A stretch of DNA of 64,000 nucleotides from Ptychomitrium polyphyllum. Taxonomy: Eukaryota. The stretch lies in the NCBI GenBank assembly GCA_973851085.1, contig OZ316775.1, forward strand, positions 10,664,001 to 10,728,000, in the 5' to 3' direction. A program made the translations under genes and the position numbers. This document shows, piece by piece, positions 1-14,000 of this stretch; within the stretch, counting starts at the first letter, position 1, and every line of letters starts with the position of its first letter. The notes under the pieces were generated by a model. The model searched no databases. It saw only the letters and a program-made list of their open reading frames with translations, and was not told the DNA's origin.

Positions 1-293
1 GTCACGAGGAACCGCACTTCCAAATCAGGTGGATCAGGTGAAGCTCTTTGTGAGTATACATTCACGTGGACCACTTGGTCTTTGCATCTCGCACCTTATC
101 AGATTATATTGTTCTCGTGGCAGTTGACTTAAGCTCCTCATCATTCCCACACTTCGAGTGCAGCTCTTCAGTTTTGTTCTCTTGTCTGCTCTTGTTTGAA
201 GTCCGTAACTCAAACTTGAAGTTGTCGAGAGATATGAGCTTGTCGGCAAGGGACACTCCCTCTTGTCAGAAAATGGTTAGAATGAAGTAGGCC

Positions 294-1800
294 ATGGGAG
301 ACGAAGTCGAGGAGAAAGCAGCTGGTATGGAGCTGATGAAACCAACTCAAATTGGGCTCCATCAGCTAAAGCACAGGTAATCAATCAATAACACTTCTCT
401 CCAACCCTGATCTGATGAATCATTCTGCCAGCTTCTTCAAGAATCTTGCAGAGATTTTTCTAAAGATTTGACAAGATAGTTTAAACACATCAATGCGATG
501 ATAGGATCAGAAGATCGGCTCAAGAAAGAACATACTGAATCATGGATTCGGGTAAAGTAAAAGTTTTCTCTCTGTCAATTGCTCGGGAACTTTGGCTACC
601 ATGGCATGGTGCCGAGCACGGAACACACTGGCTACCTCTCTGATGAACGAGTTCTATTGCCAAAGAGCGACTGAAGGAGGCCTTCTACTTCGGAAGGCGT
701 TTGCGTGGCTGCAAATGATCATGGGTATGTTCTCCAGCACTTCAATTAGTTCATTGATACCACTCTGGCTACATTTCTAGTAAAGAGTTGCATCATTACT
801 GACACAATCAACCCATGAAATTAAGCCTTTTCTGTAATGTAACAGGTTCTTGAACATTGCGGGGATCCACTCAAATGAGCAAATTGAGTCGTAAAAACGG
901 ATCACGAAAGCAGTGCACAATATTGGCGCGACGTTTTTCCTGCAACTATGGCATGTAGCAAGAGCATCCCACAGGTAAAGAACCCTTGACAACTTTTACA
1001 GCAATGAAAATCGGTAATCGTCGTCAGAATGTCAGAACGAATTGATTGTCAGAAACTAAAGGGTTCATTTCTCTCTCCGTAGGAGCAGAGTTGCAACCTG
1101 GGAATGCGGCACCGATCTCTTCGGTGAGCAGTCCAGTGCCCATGCCATGGAGAAATCACTCTCATAGATGCAGATGGTAAAAGCTCAAAGCATATGTACT
1201 CCACCCCTCGATCACTCCGCATTGACGAGATTCCAGAGATTATTCAATACTTCAAAATCGGGGCAAAGGACACTACTAATGACCGCACGGATGCATACGG
1301 GGGCTCCATGAAGAACCGATGCAAAGTCCTGCTCGAGGTTACCCACGCTGTCATTAACGAAATCGGTGCCCACAGGACAGCCGTCCGAATCTCGCCATGC
1401 AGTGTGTATAACGCAGCTCATACCGATATAAACTCCAAAGCTCTCCTCTCATACCTACTCGCAGAGCTACACAAGCTAAAACTGGCGTACATCCACTTAA
1501 CTGATCCCGAATTCGCCTCCATTGTGGACAACTTCACCTGGGCGCCCCAATATGGCCATCTCACGAAGCATAGAACTACTCTTTTGCTTGTCAGTGAGGG
1601 CCATACCCGCGAATCTGGGAACGAAGCAGTGCGCTCTGGGTACGCAGATCTGGTGGGGTTTAAACGATCCTTCATAGCCAACCTAACTGGTGAAGAAGTT
1701 CCGGAAGGGCGCTCCTCTGAATGCTCCGAATCCTGCGACGTTCTAAGGAGATTGTACTAAACGAGGGTACACAGACTATCCATTTCTCGAAGTCAATTAG
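294..1800 (+). pseudogene. OPR: 12-oxophytodienoate reductase (OPR / Old Yellow Enzyme family) pseudogene, 4 exons
   Basis: Exon 1 294-376 MGDEVEEKAAGMELMKPTQIGLHQLKHR then GT. Exon 2 ~585-724 ..EFYCQRATEGGLLL, frameshift, EGVCVAANDHG. Exon 3 846-974 GIHSNEQIES*KRITKAVHNIGATFFLQLWHVARASH, with TAA at 892-894 where Trp is conserved. Exon 4 ~1083-1800 has NDRTDAYGGS..NRCK, VRISP and the C-terminal GYTDYPFL. Further frameshifts near 1153 and 1684, a stop near 1744, and the GFDGVEIHGAHGYL segment is missing. Confidence 0.93.
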
Positions 1801-3072
1801 CACTTCTTATTCCTAGATAATTTTTGATAGGAAAACATAGGAAGGACAGGGAGTTCGAACAGTTCAGAGGACCTTTTGAACGTACAGATGGTGTTGAGAT
1901 CTGCTTCAACCTCTAATAGGAGTTCCAGATAAACATGGAAATTTGAGAGGCACATGAAATAATGTGCTAGTCAACAGGTAAGAAGCCAGAGCCACCAACT
2001 GTAGTTAAGATGGACCGAACAATCCACAAGTTAAAGGGAGTTGAAGAGAGCTTACAATGTGCGTTTCCATGATGTTGACGACGCGCGTTCTTGGAATAAG
2101 CAGCTGCCTTGGGGTAGCAAGGTAGCATGCTCTCATTCAGTGCTGTAGTGGGTCAAAGGTGTGCAGAAACCATCTGCAATATTGGAATAATAGTCCTTAC
2201 AATGTACTTAGAATGACATCACTTCTCACCTAACGAGTTCACACTGCAGATGAGGGTCACTCTCTATCCCCAACTGTTTACCAGTGGAAGTACACTATGT
2301 AATCCATCTAAGCTCGGTGTGTAGAGTGGAAGGCTAACATGATAAGATCTCTCGCTAAAAAAACTACACCTTCACTACGTGTTCATATACCATGATGTCA
2401 GTCACTCTCAATAGTGTATGACTAAATTCGAATTCTAAACGTGGCTATGCACGGCACTGGGTGACGGCAACTTTCTACTGCAAGCTCAACCACCCTTGCA
2501 ATTTCTGAGATGCTAACACCTCTGGTATATGAGATCTTGTCATTTACAATACGAGGCATAACATACCCAATGAGTGGAGATACACTATCGTCGGCCACCC
2601 ATAGTTCTCCAGAATGCTGTATGTGGATGTGAGATGATGTGAACATTCCTCATTTACACAAGGGTACTCCAGATGGCAACCATATGTGCGCGACACGCTT
2701 CTCTGCAACCTAGGAATCTCGGAATGTTCGAGCCAGAACAGGCTAAAGCTTTAGATAATGCTGGCGGTGGCTATTAGAAATACTAATTTGCAGCGACGCG
2801 TTCTAACTAAAAAGATGGTCAACTTCGAAGCCATCTATGCCAGATAGAGCTCCTGCATGCGAGGATCCACAGTAAGTAGGGCAGACGTTTTACACTCTCC
2901 CAAAATCACTGTTTGAAAACTGATATGAATTGTAGTTCTCCCCTTCTGGGGCTTCATTCTGCCTCCCACTCAATGAAATTCTGGTCAATTCAGATATGAG
3001 TCACAGATGGAAGAGGCAATTAATACATCAGGAAGTTGCATTCGAGCAGCCATGGCTAGTGCAATGCTCCCA

Positions 3073-6000
3073 TCATAGTGGGTTTTTCTCCCTTGAAACA
3101 CTGTTCATGAAAGCGGTATCCAGATCTGTCATAGGTGCTGCATAAAAATATCATCCACAAGTTAGAAGCAATCCTCTCAAGCAGGATTTGCGCGTTAATA
3201 GAAAACGTACACATCAAACCTGGTCATTCTGTGACCATTGGCTTCGTAGTTGGATAAAAAGTAAGATCCGATAAGGGAAAGCACACAGGAGATAATGTTA
3301 TATTCTGTTAGGTGTTCTGGCAACAGAATTATATTGTAAACAAAGTGTAGGATTTACTAAGAAAAGGAAGCTCATACCTAAGAGATCATCATATGTTTCA
3401 TCAAACGTTCCGTCAAATGTGCTGTCAAAAGAGTTGTAATCCAAAATTAGGGGTGGCGATAGTGGCCGAAGGTCAGGAATATGTAGTCCTGGCATACGTT
3501 TTTGGGACGGATCTTGTATATATTTCCAACTTCCATTCTCTATGTGCTGGCTTCCGTTGGAACCCTTCTGCGTCACAAGACTCTCCTCTCCCTGCACAAC
3601 TTTTTGAGGTTCTGTTGAATAGCCATTCTTCTCTTCTACCTCTTTGTCTCCATTTTTGCTGGGTATAAATGGATGGACAGCGCCTTTGCCAAGATAGGTT
3701 GCTGGCTGATTGGTGTTCATGGCCACGTGAACCACTTCCTTATCACTATTTGCATTCATTTGCAAGGGATTTACAGGAATGAAATAATGTTCTGTACTGA
3801 TAGGCTGTTGTACTGCGTCTACAACAGCAGGGATAGGCTTCTGAAGAGCAGCCTCCATAACTGCTTGACGTAATGAGGAAATACCTGCATTCCATACTTT
3901 CAATATTAAAAGTGTAAATTAAATGTTTCTAAAGCTGGGGAATCAATGTATAGCAGAGCCATTTTGAAGAAGTACCTTGATGTATCCTAAATAAACCCTA
4001 TGTCACTCATGAGATACATCAGTAACTTGACGTCTCTCTTATGTCAGGAGAACAATTCACTCAAGTAGCAATGGACAATCTCATCACAGTCAGACTCAAT
4101 GCTGATACTACTGATACAAAAAAGGAGAAGCTGACTGACAATAGCATCTAGTCTACGCCCCCTAAAGAACATCCGAGGACACATCTCTACAAGAGAAATA
4201 AGCCATACCTTCAGTAAGATCATTCCCACCGTTCCAAAACGCACCATTTCCTTCCAATCCTTCTTGTTCTTGCAACACATCCAAAGATGGCATAGATGTA
4301 ACTCCAGATAATGCAGCCTTTAAGTGTGTAAATCCTCCAACAGAGCTTGGGGACATGTAAGGAAGCTTCAGTGCTGGGCTAGGGGGTACAAGCTCTAATG
4401 GCACAGTAAAAGTGTTGCCTAATTCACCTACACTTTGCTCGGTACCTTCTTCCTGCAGGGAAAGAACTTAAGAATAAGGAGAAATGACGGAAAAGCAAAT
4501 AGCAGGATAGCATCTGTTTGATTACTGAAGACACAATGATGAAAGTAGTGACGGTAGTCAGTTACTCTGAAAGTAGATGTCAGTTGGCGATTATTTGAAA
4601 ACCCCATAAGAGCATCCTGTGCAGCTCGAGATGCAGCCACAGTATCAGGACCATCCACCCATTCCCGCAGATTTGTAATTGCTACCTCCATCCCTGACAT
4701 AGAGGATTCCAGCTGGTTCTTGAGAGACTGGTTTACAAACACCACGCAATGAAATGAGCTCAATATCCTACTGCGGTTTTCTGCTATACATGTGATTCAA
4801 GAGGAATAGCATAAATAGATCTTTGAAGAATTACGTCCAGGAACTGATATTGCTTTACATATCCTGCATCAGAAGTGCTTCATGAGCATTCTCAAAGCTG
4901 GTGCCATTGAATTGAAATGTAGGGCTTACCAGAAGACTCGAGCAGTGTTGCTTGTGTTCCCCTAAAGTTGTACGAAGAGTATACGCGTGAACACTGTCTT
5001 CTCCATGTACGTTGTCCATCATGAGATCCGGTCCGGCTCCATTGTTTGATCTAGCCTGCAACACCCAATCGAGACAAATTGCCATCAACGCCTCATATAC
5101 AAACAGCAAGATTCAGACATCTGCAACAACGATGTGATACATAGCCTCGACTAGCCTGGTACAGCAAGAGTCACGGCAAGCCACTATAAAAAATAGATCA
5201 TGTTTCTCTTTAATTAGAAAACAAAGAAGTCTCACATTGTAACAAAGCAATATTCTTTTACAGAGCACAAAAAGCACCCAAAGGACGAAGTATACACGGA
5301 CAGGGACACTCCTTACCAAACGAAGGGTTTGCTTATGTACAGCTTGCAATGCATGGGTCCACCGACGCAGTATTTCACCCACATCAACAGGAGATGGAGT
5401 TTTCGTAGACTTATCATCCTCTGTAGATACACCAACCTCAAATCTAGGCCGCTGGGTTTCATGATCAACAGTTGAATTGGGGGCTGGATCCATTGGCAGG
5501 TTGACGGATCCAAGGTCTACTGCAGCTCGCAAAACAGCTCCATCAATCCGGTACCTGCAGAAAGGAACTTGATAAGAAGTGAATCTATAAACTGCTATAC
5601 CAGCCAACCAGCAACTTCCTATTCCCTTCAAGCCTCCCCATTGCGGAATTTGTTCATAATCAGAATGAGTCTTCACATAAAGTACGGAGAACCATACAAC
5701 TCCTTATCAAGGACTAGATAAGCATTTTACTGTCTGCTATATAATGAGCTCGAACAACTCGTAGGATTGCAGGTAAATGTATGTAGAACACCTTCTTACT
5801 CCATTGGAGAAATAAAGAGGCCGCAAATAGAGTTGAAATTGGACATTTATAAAGTCAACTTGAGGTACTCATTTGGAGTATTAAGGATATTGATAATCAA
5901 ATAGCAATGGAAATTGTGAACCCGAGTACCTGTGTTCCCGACGAGCAATGAGATCCTCAATTGGTCCAGATGCTAATTCTGCCACTCTCTCTGGAATACA

Positions 6001-8717
6001 TGAAATTGAAATTAGCGGCTTTAAGAAAGACTTCCTGAAGACCTTACTTCTATAATTTGCCATCTCTAAACTGAAAGATCAAGTAGCCATAAGAAGAAGC
6101 ACGAGTGAAAATTGTATGCTCATCAAATGTCGTAAAATTTTAATATGGCCAGACCTGAGTGAGATAAAATTCCTTTCCATAGCTGAGAAGCTCTTGTAAC
6201 AGGAGCTGCCCTTCGAGACGTAACAAACCCTTCTGTGCCCCTCATAACGTCGTCATCTAAGAAACCGCTTGATTCCTGTAGTTTCTCCAGTTCCTGATGT
6301 TGAAAAGCCTGCAGAATCAGGGTACACATTCAATAGAGTGTTCTGTACAATAGAGATAAGCAAACGAGACACAAAAATTTAAAAAGTTGTACAAAACCGC
6401 ATCTTACAACAGATTTATGTAAGGACTAGATGAAGAGAAGGGAAATAGTCGGATACAGATGAAGGTGAAAATTCAAAAGTGAAAATTCAAAAGTGAAGAC
6501 AATTAATAATGTGACAGAGAAGATAATAAGGATAAGCAGCAGTGCAATGACCAATAAGAAAGGAAATTCTACTGCTACATAATGATACTGAAGCCACGTG
6601 GTGGGGAACTTTAATTCTGCAAGAGAGACATATGTTTCACGAATAACTTCTGCTTCAAAAGTTCGTAACCCTAAGTCAAACTGGCTTTGATACCACTGTA
6701 GCATACATGGTTTACCCGGGTATGTAACTGAAAAGCAAGAATGTACCTCCTCTGCACACAAAGCCCGGTATTCAGCTGTCATGTCATGAGCCAAGCTGGA
6801 CCAGCTTGCCTGTCTTTGCACCGCTTGCGCAGCACCTTTCATAAATCGCTTGCGTTCCAATGCTATCCGAGCCTGTAGTCAATGAATGTAATGAGCATAA
6901 ATATAGCGTGGCAATTTGACTGCAAGTCAAACACACAGTGCAGCCCATCCCCTCACTAAATAGATAAACACATCATTCGATACGTTTTGATAGTCAAATA
7001 TTCATCCTACCTTGGTGACAGCCAGCAGAGACAGGGGTCGAGTGTTTGGGCAAACGAGTTCCGTCAGGGAGGCTGGTAATGGATTTGCCGCTACATCTGC
7101 TGGGAATGTTCTTTTATGAACCTCCCGCAGTGCATGTGCTGATAGGTGCCACAAAAGCTCTACGAATCTGCAAAAGAATGGCATGCTCAACACTTACCAT
7201 GACAAGGAGCAGAAATATAGATGGATATATTTTTTTTATTACGAGTCATTTGAAAAATTTACGAGAAATTGCACCTTTGGCCACAGCATGTGGCAAGAGA
7301 CGAGACACGAGAGTTGCTCCGAGGTAGGGCTCCTTGGCTTTCCAGTTCGTTGATCAAACCCTGAACCACCTGCATTTAGACACTACTGTCAATTGCCTCT
7401 TGCAGCAAAAGCTGAATGGTACAAGATAAAATACTCCATTGACCACAGATAAATTTTGTATGCGATGACTGCCTCATTAAATGTGCAAGGAAAGCTAATA
7501 CTGGACAATAGAGTTGCAAACCGAAAACTACAAGAGGAGTTCAAACAAATGAGAAGAAATCCGATGCTCTCGAGGTGCAATAAATGCTTCCAAAATACAC
7601 CAATAAGCAAGCAGGTGTAGGAGAAGATAAACGGTTTGCAACAAGACGATTATCGTTGTTAATTCAAAAATAGACTAAATAGCGAATTACCTTTAGCCCT
7701 AAAACATTTCAAGCAGACACAGTGAGAGATAAATTTTGAAAGCTTACTTTGCGAAAATCACGAGACTGAGCAGCATCAAATATAGGCCACACTCCAGCAA
7801 AGTCCTGTGCATAAGAAGTAGTTCCTTACATCAAAAACCAGCGCCCCATAACCATGGAGTTCAGCAGTCAAAATGCCTTGTCTTTTACTAGATAAATGGT
7901 ACTCGTAAAAGGACAAACTTGGTTTTGCCCACGTAGTGTATTGAGGAGAAATTTACATATAAATCTGAACAATTGAAATGAGAACTACGAATAATCAGAT
8001 CGACATTGGATAAACTATATATCATCACCTGCTTCTAGATAAACCATGATATACTAAAACCCTAATTCTGACCACACAAATGTCACCATAACTAATTGCA
8101 CAGCCAATAGCTACCAGTACTCTCAAGAGACACTTCGGTACAAAATGCTGTAAACGGCTGCAAGGTTTAAGCCACCAAAGCCCGGCTTCCACAATACAAT
8201 CAACCTACGAACTCTCTGTACATTCAAGTAGATTTCCTTGTGGCAGCTTCTCAAAGAGGTGGATTTGGTAGACGACGATAAGCTTTGAAAATCGAGGCAG
8301 TAGACAGATTGCAATGTACGAAGTGATGAGAAAGAAATCGACACATAAGATCTCAGAGGATAGAACAACAATAAATATGAATTCAAGAGAAACGGGGGCT
8401 GAGGAGAGAAAGGAAGCAGGTCCACAAGCCAGACGAAAGAGTGAAAATACCTTGGCCGAGAGGTTTGGACCCCTCAATGCGCACATAAGAAAGTGGAGAA
8501 GTGCTTCACCAAGACGAGGGTTGGAGTGTCTAAATAAACCAGCTCGCGTGCCAGCTCCTGGTCCAAGAACAGTAGGATCGAGGCCAAGGAGGAGGCAGTT
8601 GGCATACAATGTAGCCTCCACATCTCCTTCTCTCTCCTTTTCTTTCTCACGTTCCCGGTCTCGATCGGCATTTTCTTTCTCTCTCTCCCTGTCTCTTTCC
8701 TTCATTGAGGCGTCCAT
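3073..8717 (-). CDS. AUG6: Augmin subunit 6 (HAUS6), multi-exon
   Basis: Exon 8717-8451 [24 protein letters not shown]; 7804-7748 [19 protein letters not shown]; 7369-7275 [32 protein letters not shown]; ~7167-7011 [17 protein letters not shown]; ~6873-6747 [10 protein letters not shown]. Later exons contain [52 protein letters not shown] and [13 protein letters not shown]. Last exon [15 protein letters not shown] with stop at 3073-3075. The junctions I checked are GT-AG and keep frame. Confidence 0.96.
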
Positions 8718-9747
8718 AGTTCTATGAAAGACCGCTCACAGCACCTTTTAATAAAGTGTGCCTGCGAGTCTCCTAAATATGCCCACTGCTTCAAAGCACG
8801 CGACCTGCATTCGAGGCCAATTTCATACTGCTCGCTAGACGAGCCCAGAGATACACCTTGCCCACGCACTTGACAGAAATTTTCATTTCCCAAAGATATC
8901 ACAACCGAAGCTTCTGTGACACAATAAAACCCTCACGATCCGTACCAAAGCACTCCGTCTTCATACGACTCCTCACAGCTCTGCAAATTCGGCCTCTCCT
9001 CAAGATCTGGACGTTTCAGGATCCAGCGCCGCGAAAAAGAAAACCGTCAATACCAGGGCAAGGAGACCACCACTCTGTTCCAATGCTAGGACCTCGCACC
9101 TTGCTACAATGCCACTTGCTGAGAAATAAGCTTGTTACACCCCTAAGGTCGCCTGACGAGCAATGCCGAAATCGATTTCCCTCGAAGTAAACCTGCGCAT
9201 CGACATCCAAATCACAACGCTATCTCCCTGCGTACATAGACAACGGACTATTCCACAAACCGGCGCAACCAAACATAAGTACTAGAAAACGTCTGTCAAA
9301 AACCTCGTCCCTTGCGCCAAACATTCAGACCACGAACCGCTTCTGCCTCCCGTCGAACCAGAACGACAATCATCTAATCCAGTCCAATCAATGCCAGCAT
9401 CTCCTCGCCTTCACCACAACCACATCACCTTCAAAATTCCATCACTAGCAACGCCACAAAACTGTCACGCACCGCCACCGCACATAATCACCAACTCCAC
9501 TCTCTTTCTCTCTTTCTCTCGCAGCTCGCTCTGCCTCCTCCCGCCGCACAGCGCACAGTATAGCAAAATCAAGGCAAGACGAGCAACTCCTTTCACTCTT
9601 CACTCTTGACCTGACCAGAGGATTAGTCCGTGAAGCAGGCGAATTGAAGACGATGTGACAGTGGCAAGAGCGCCAGTACTCCTGTGAGGTGACCTCAGAG
9701 CAGCACAGATCATGGTGTCGCATTGAAAGAGACACACACTGCTTTGA

Positions 9748-9808
9748 AGCCAAAGCCAAAGCCACAGCCAAAGCCACAGCCAAAGCCAAAACCAAAGCCA
9801 CAGCCAAA
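9748..9808. repeat. Imperfect hexamer microsatellite (GCCAAA/GCCACA) x ~10
   Basis: agccaaagccaaagccacagccaaagccacagccaaagccaaaaccaaagccacagccaaa; it produces the ALAVAL, WLWL and GFGCG ORF artefacts. Confidence 0.9.
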
Positions 9809-9915
9809 GACGGAGATGAGGATGTGATGGAGACTCAGCAAAAAACACACAAGTTTCCGTAGCTTAGCTCCAGGCTGCAAAGCAAGAGAAAAGAGGAGGT
9901 GCAGGGACAGAGGAG

Positions 9916-9968
9916 AGAGAACAGAGAACAGAGAATAGAGAACGGAGAACGGAGAACAGAAAACAGAG
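9916..9968. repeat. Heptamer tandem repeat (AGAACAG/AGAACGG) x ~7
   Basis: agaacag agaacag agaatag agaacgg agaacgg agaacag aaaacag; a pyrimidine tract on the AUG6 sense strand, upstream of its start. Confidence 0.85.
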
Positions 9969-11063
9969 AGGACATGACACGGCTGTGAAAGGCTGAAAGC
10001 AACGAACGGAAGGGAAGACAAGGGAGGTACTGGAACTCAGCGGGGCTGGGTTTACCCGTTCAAATTTTCCAGCCTTCGCCATTCCGTTCTGTGTCGCTGT
10101 GTTATTAATTGGATGTCATGCCGTAGCACGTTAGCAACGTTCGTTACTGCCTGTGAGGAGATTCACACCTGGCTCATTCTAATCTGGTTAATCCACTGTT
10201 TTCTTGTTCAACTGGAATTACATATTTTAATTATAATAGTAGGCAGTTGTAAGTTTCATGAGTGATGTTGGAATCTAATGTTTCTGTTGATTTTACGGGA
10301 CTATGACTATTATAGATCCTGAGGTAGAAATTAGGGGATTTAGGGTGAACCGACCTTTTGTATCGGAATTTGGGATTTTCAGGGATACTGTAAGCATATG
10401 TGTGTACTGGAACTAAGGTTCTTTTCACATGACTCAGAGGGTGTGTGACATTCATTCCACATGTGATATTGTAAAAGGAGCAATGGGCACTGGTTACAGA
10501 GATCTCATTCTGCATCAATTCAATGGCCATTGACCACCCCAGACCTGCTACCGCACCTGGTTCCATGGACGGTCTGGACACTGGTAGAGTCAATAATGTT
10601 TTCAGTCCGTTGTGAATCTTTCTGGAATCTGAACTCGCTCAAGTACAAGAGCATCATTCTTTCAGAAATGAAGCAAGCTGGGACTTGACTCATCCCTATT
10701 GCATGAACGGTGCAATGGCTCCGCACTCCGTGCCAATTCGAATTACTACCAGATAACGAGAAACAGATACTAGGAACAGGGAGCATCACAGACTTTCGCT
10801 ACAGTCCTGTACAGTTTCCGAAATCTGATAGTTTTAAATGGAATTTCACATGTTCGAACGTTCGACCTACTTCGATCATATCGGAGACCAAAATGGAGTA
10901 TACCTGCCAAATGTAGCTCACAGGAACTCAGAAAACCTAGAACATCGCCCTGATTCCAAATTCAACCCCTGATTCCAGTACTTTGAATTCAGCGCCTGAC
11001 ATACGGAACCTAGATGCCACAATGGCTGAACTAGGGGTTCGGACAATATTCTAAATTGTAGGT

Positions 11064-14000
11064 TTAGGAGGGGCGGGAAAACCTCGAGGGGTTGTTGAAG
11101 CGGAAGCGTTTCGATAAGTGTGCTTTCGCTGCCTGGACAGAGGGAACGTCAACCACGGCGGAGCGGAGGTGAGGGCGGGATTGGAATTTAAGTTTCTTCT
11201 GCAGTGGGCGGGATTTGCCCTTCTGGTGACGGTAGAGGTCAAGGGCTGGAGCTGCTCGCTTCGCAGGGGTTATGTTGATTGTTGCGCTTTGTGTCTTTTC
11301 CCGGCTAGGCATTTCGAAGTTCAAATTTGGGAAGAGATCCTGCTGACGAGTCTGTGAAGGTATCACTGCTTTGGTCCTATAGAGAAACTCGCGCTCGGAT
11401 TCGGGCTTCTTACGATTGGGGTCACTTTTATCTCGCTTTATCTTCTCAATCCAATCGTCCAGACAGCTCTGGATGTACCCAGGCTTCTGCGACCGATTGC
11501 TGCCGCGTTGTGTGATTGGCCGTTGTGGAGGCTCTTCAGGCCATGGTTTGACGGGCGAGTGTTCTTGTTCTGACAGTTGGTAGGGATCATCCCAGAAGTT
11601 GAAACATTTCTTTGCTGTGAAGTCTTCAACAAATTTGGGATTCATTTGAAAAGTAGACCCAAGAGGACTGAAGGGATTGGGTTCGTCACTTGTACTCGGG
11701 CCATCACCGAGAGGATCAATTTCAAAAATTCGATCAAGCGAAGGGTAGAAGGAGATTCTGTGGTCGCTTTTTATTCGGCCGACGTTAACTTCTGTTTCGA
11801 AATCACCAAATTCGCTAGAGGCAGGTGCGAAGAAAGGGAAATCGTCTGAATACGTTTCGTCCGGGCAATTGGTATTTCTTGGCCCTTGTCCTTCCTTCAG
11901 TTTCCTATGTTCGCTCTGTAACTTGAGCAGTTTCAAGCTTTCTATTGGCACCTCAAATTCTTGAAGAGCATCTGCCATGGCGTCGTGCGACCAGAGCATA
12001 AACTTTGATAGTGGAACATTGAGACATAGAATGGCATGTGCAGCCAGTGGATTTATTGAAGGGAATTGTTCGAGAAAGAGTTCGTCATCGTTTTCGCATT
12101 CTGACATCGGTGACGGATAAGGTCTCTTGGCTTTCTTGCGAATTCTTTCAATGCACATTAAAGCGATATCTTCAGTACACCGCGGGCTGCTGGACACGAA
12201 GCACTGCACTTGCATGCCCAAACCAGCACCAGCCACGGCCAATTTTCGCGTGGCTTGAAGAATGAACGAGGTGAACGTGGACTCTCCTTCAAAAATCTAC
12301 ATCGTTTAGCATGCTTAATCAGAACATGTACGTCCATAGTATTGAGGAAAGCGGCTAGTGTATCATAAATATTACAGGACCACATAATATCACTCTCTAC
12401 TCGTTTATTCTGGCATGATTGAACTTCAAAGAACAGTGTCAAGACTTTTGCATATCAATTGAGGTGGAGTAACGCACCATGAAGCATTTTTCGAATGAAA
12501 AACTCATTGCCTTCATCTGGCAATTGATAAGGATGTCAACAATGAAGGCAGAACATTCCTTGGAGGCGAGACTGGGATTTTTCTCCCAATTAAGCTTCAT
12601 TATCGCTGCTGTGTAAACAACCAAGCATGTTGATGGGCTCAGAATTAAATCGACGGGAAGATGACGTTCCCTTTCCACTACTTGCAGTTGCTCATTCTCA
12701 AGCCTAAGGATTCTCTGATAGGAACTTCTCCTTTGTGGAAGAATGGGCCCATCTGGTTGCATCACATTTGCAGCGACTATGACGAGAGGTTGTTTCTTCA
12801 CCATCTTCACGTATCGTAATCCAAAACATTTCTTGCTGCGCAACTCTTCAGCCTTTAGGCGTTCTAAAGCTGCTGTAGATGCTGGAGAAGGCGGTGCTGT
12901 GACTGCCCATGGCATGTCTTCAAATGACCGTGCAGTATCCGATGTGGATCCCCTCTGTTGGTGGATTGCCTCCAAGGCGACATTTATTTTCTCTTGTATT
13001 GTAGAGCTCTGTCATAGTACAAAATTCTGCTTCATAAGAGGCACGACAACGACTGTTACGACTAATTTTATTATAGGTTCGTGAGCTTCTATAAGCGGCT
13101 GGCATGTATAAATCAGGAGCAACAAAGCAACTTTGTGAAAGCCTTTGCTCTCCAAAGTTACGGCCCCTATTGTATGCCGATTCTTGAGGACGAGTGTTGG
13201 AAAGACAAGAGCCTTAAGGGCTCGCAGCCGAGTCTTTCAAAAACCAAGGGACAGAATCTTAGGTTTTTGACTTACAAAAGTGACGGTTCTGCATTCAATC
13301 AGTTATGCTCTTATTTCACGGAATGGGATTCTCTTCAACCATCTCACAAAACACTTAGAAAGGCAAGTACTTACCTTGGGTTTTTCAACAGAACTTTGTT
13401 TTTGGCTGATTAATTCCTTGCAAGCATGCGTCTCGTTCATGAGTGATAGATCGCTGATACTTCTGGTAGAATCAAATGTAAAAATATGTGGCGGGGGAGC
13501 AGCTGAGCACGTGGTTTTCTCATCTGACAATGTCGAATGATCTGAACTGTCGTTTTTTGCAGCAGTGCACGGAAAGCCCTCATACATGAGCTCCGAGGTC
13601 GATACTGAAGCTCCTGCGCCAATTGGAAGTTGTCGCCCTTGATATCTGATTCCACTGTTTTCTTCATTACCATGGGCCATCGAAGCCCTGGGAGAGGAAT
13701 CTTCTGCCCGAGTGAAATCCACATACACTTCTGAGTTCAATGTCTTTTTAACGCTAGGATCACACGGCTTATTTCTTAAGCTTGAACTCTGCTCAAATCG
13801 GTCGCTCTTGGTGATCATCAGTGTCTCGGACAAGTTTTGGATCGGTAGGGTTTTCATCGCCTGAATACTTGAATCTATACTTGGATCTTTCAGCAAGGTG
13901 TCACCTATAAAAACAGAACAAGTACCTCTTTGTTGAGGAGACTGAGTTGCAATTTCAAGAACTGGAGCATATTGTTCTTCTAACATGGAAGGTGTAGAGC

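Noticed and set aside
1194..1760. 188-aa ORF as a functional OPR
   Set aside because: It lacks the N-terminal part and the catalytic loop, and frameshifts before the conserved C-terminus.
2422..2646. 74-aa minus-strand ORF downstream of the AUG6 stop
   Set aside because: No recognisable motif or splice link; most likely 3' UTR or intergenic.
8625..8705. RE/KE-rich N-terminus of AUG6 (CT-rich on the plus strand)
   Set aside because: A charged DREKERE-type leader is normal in plant AUG6; here it is only somewhat longer.
9445..10082. ORFs with ALAVAL, WLWLW and GFGCG repeats
   Set aside because: They are translations of the hexamer and heptamer microsatellites in different frames.
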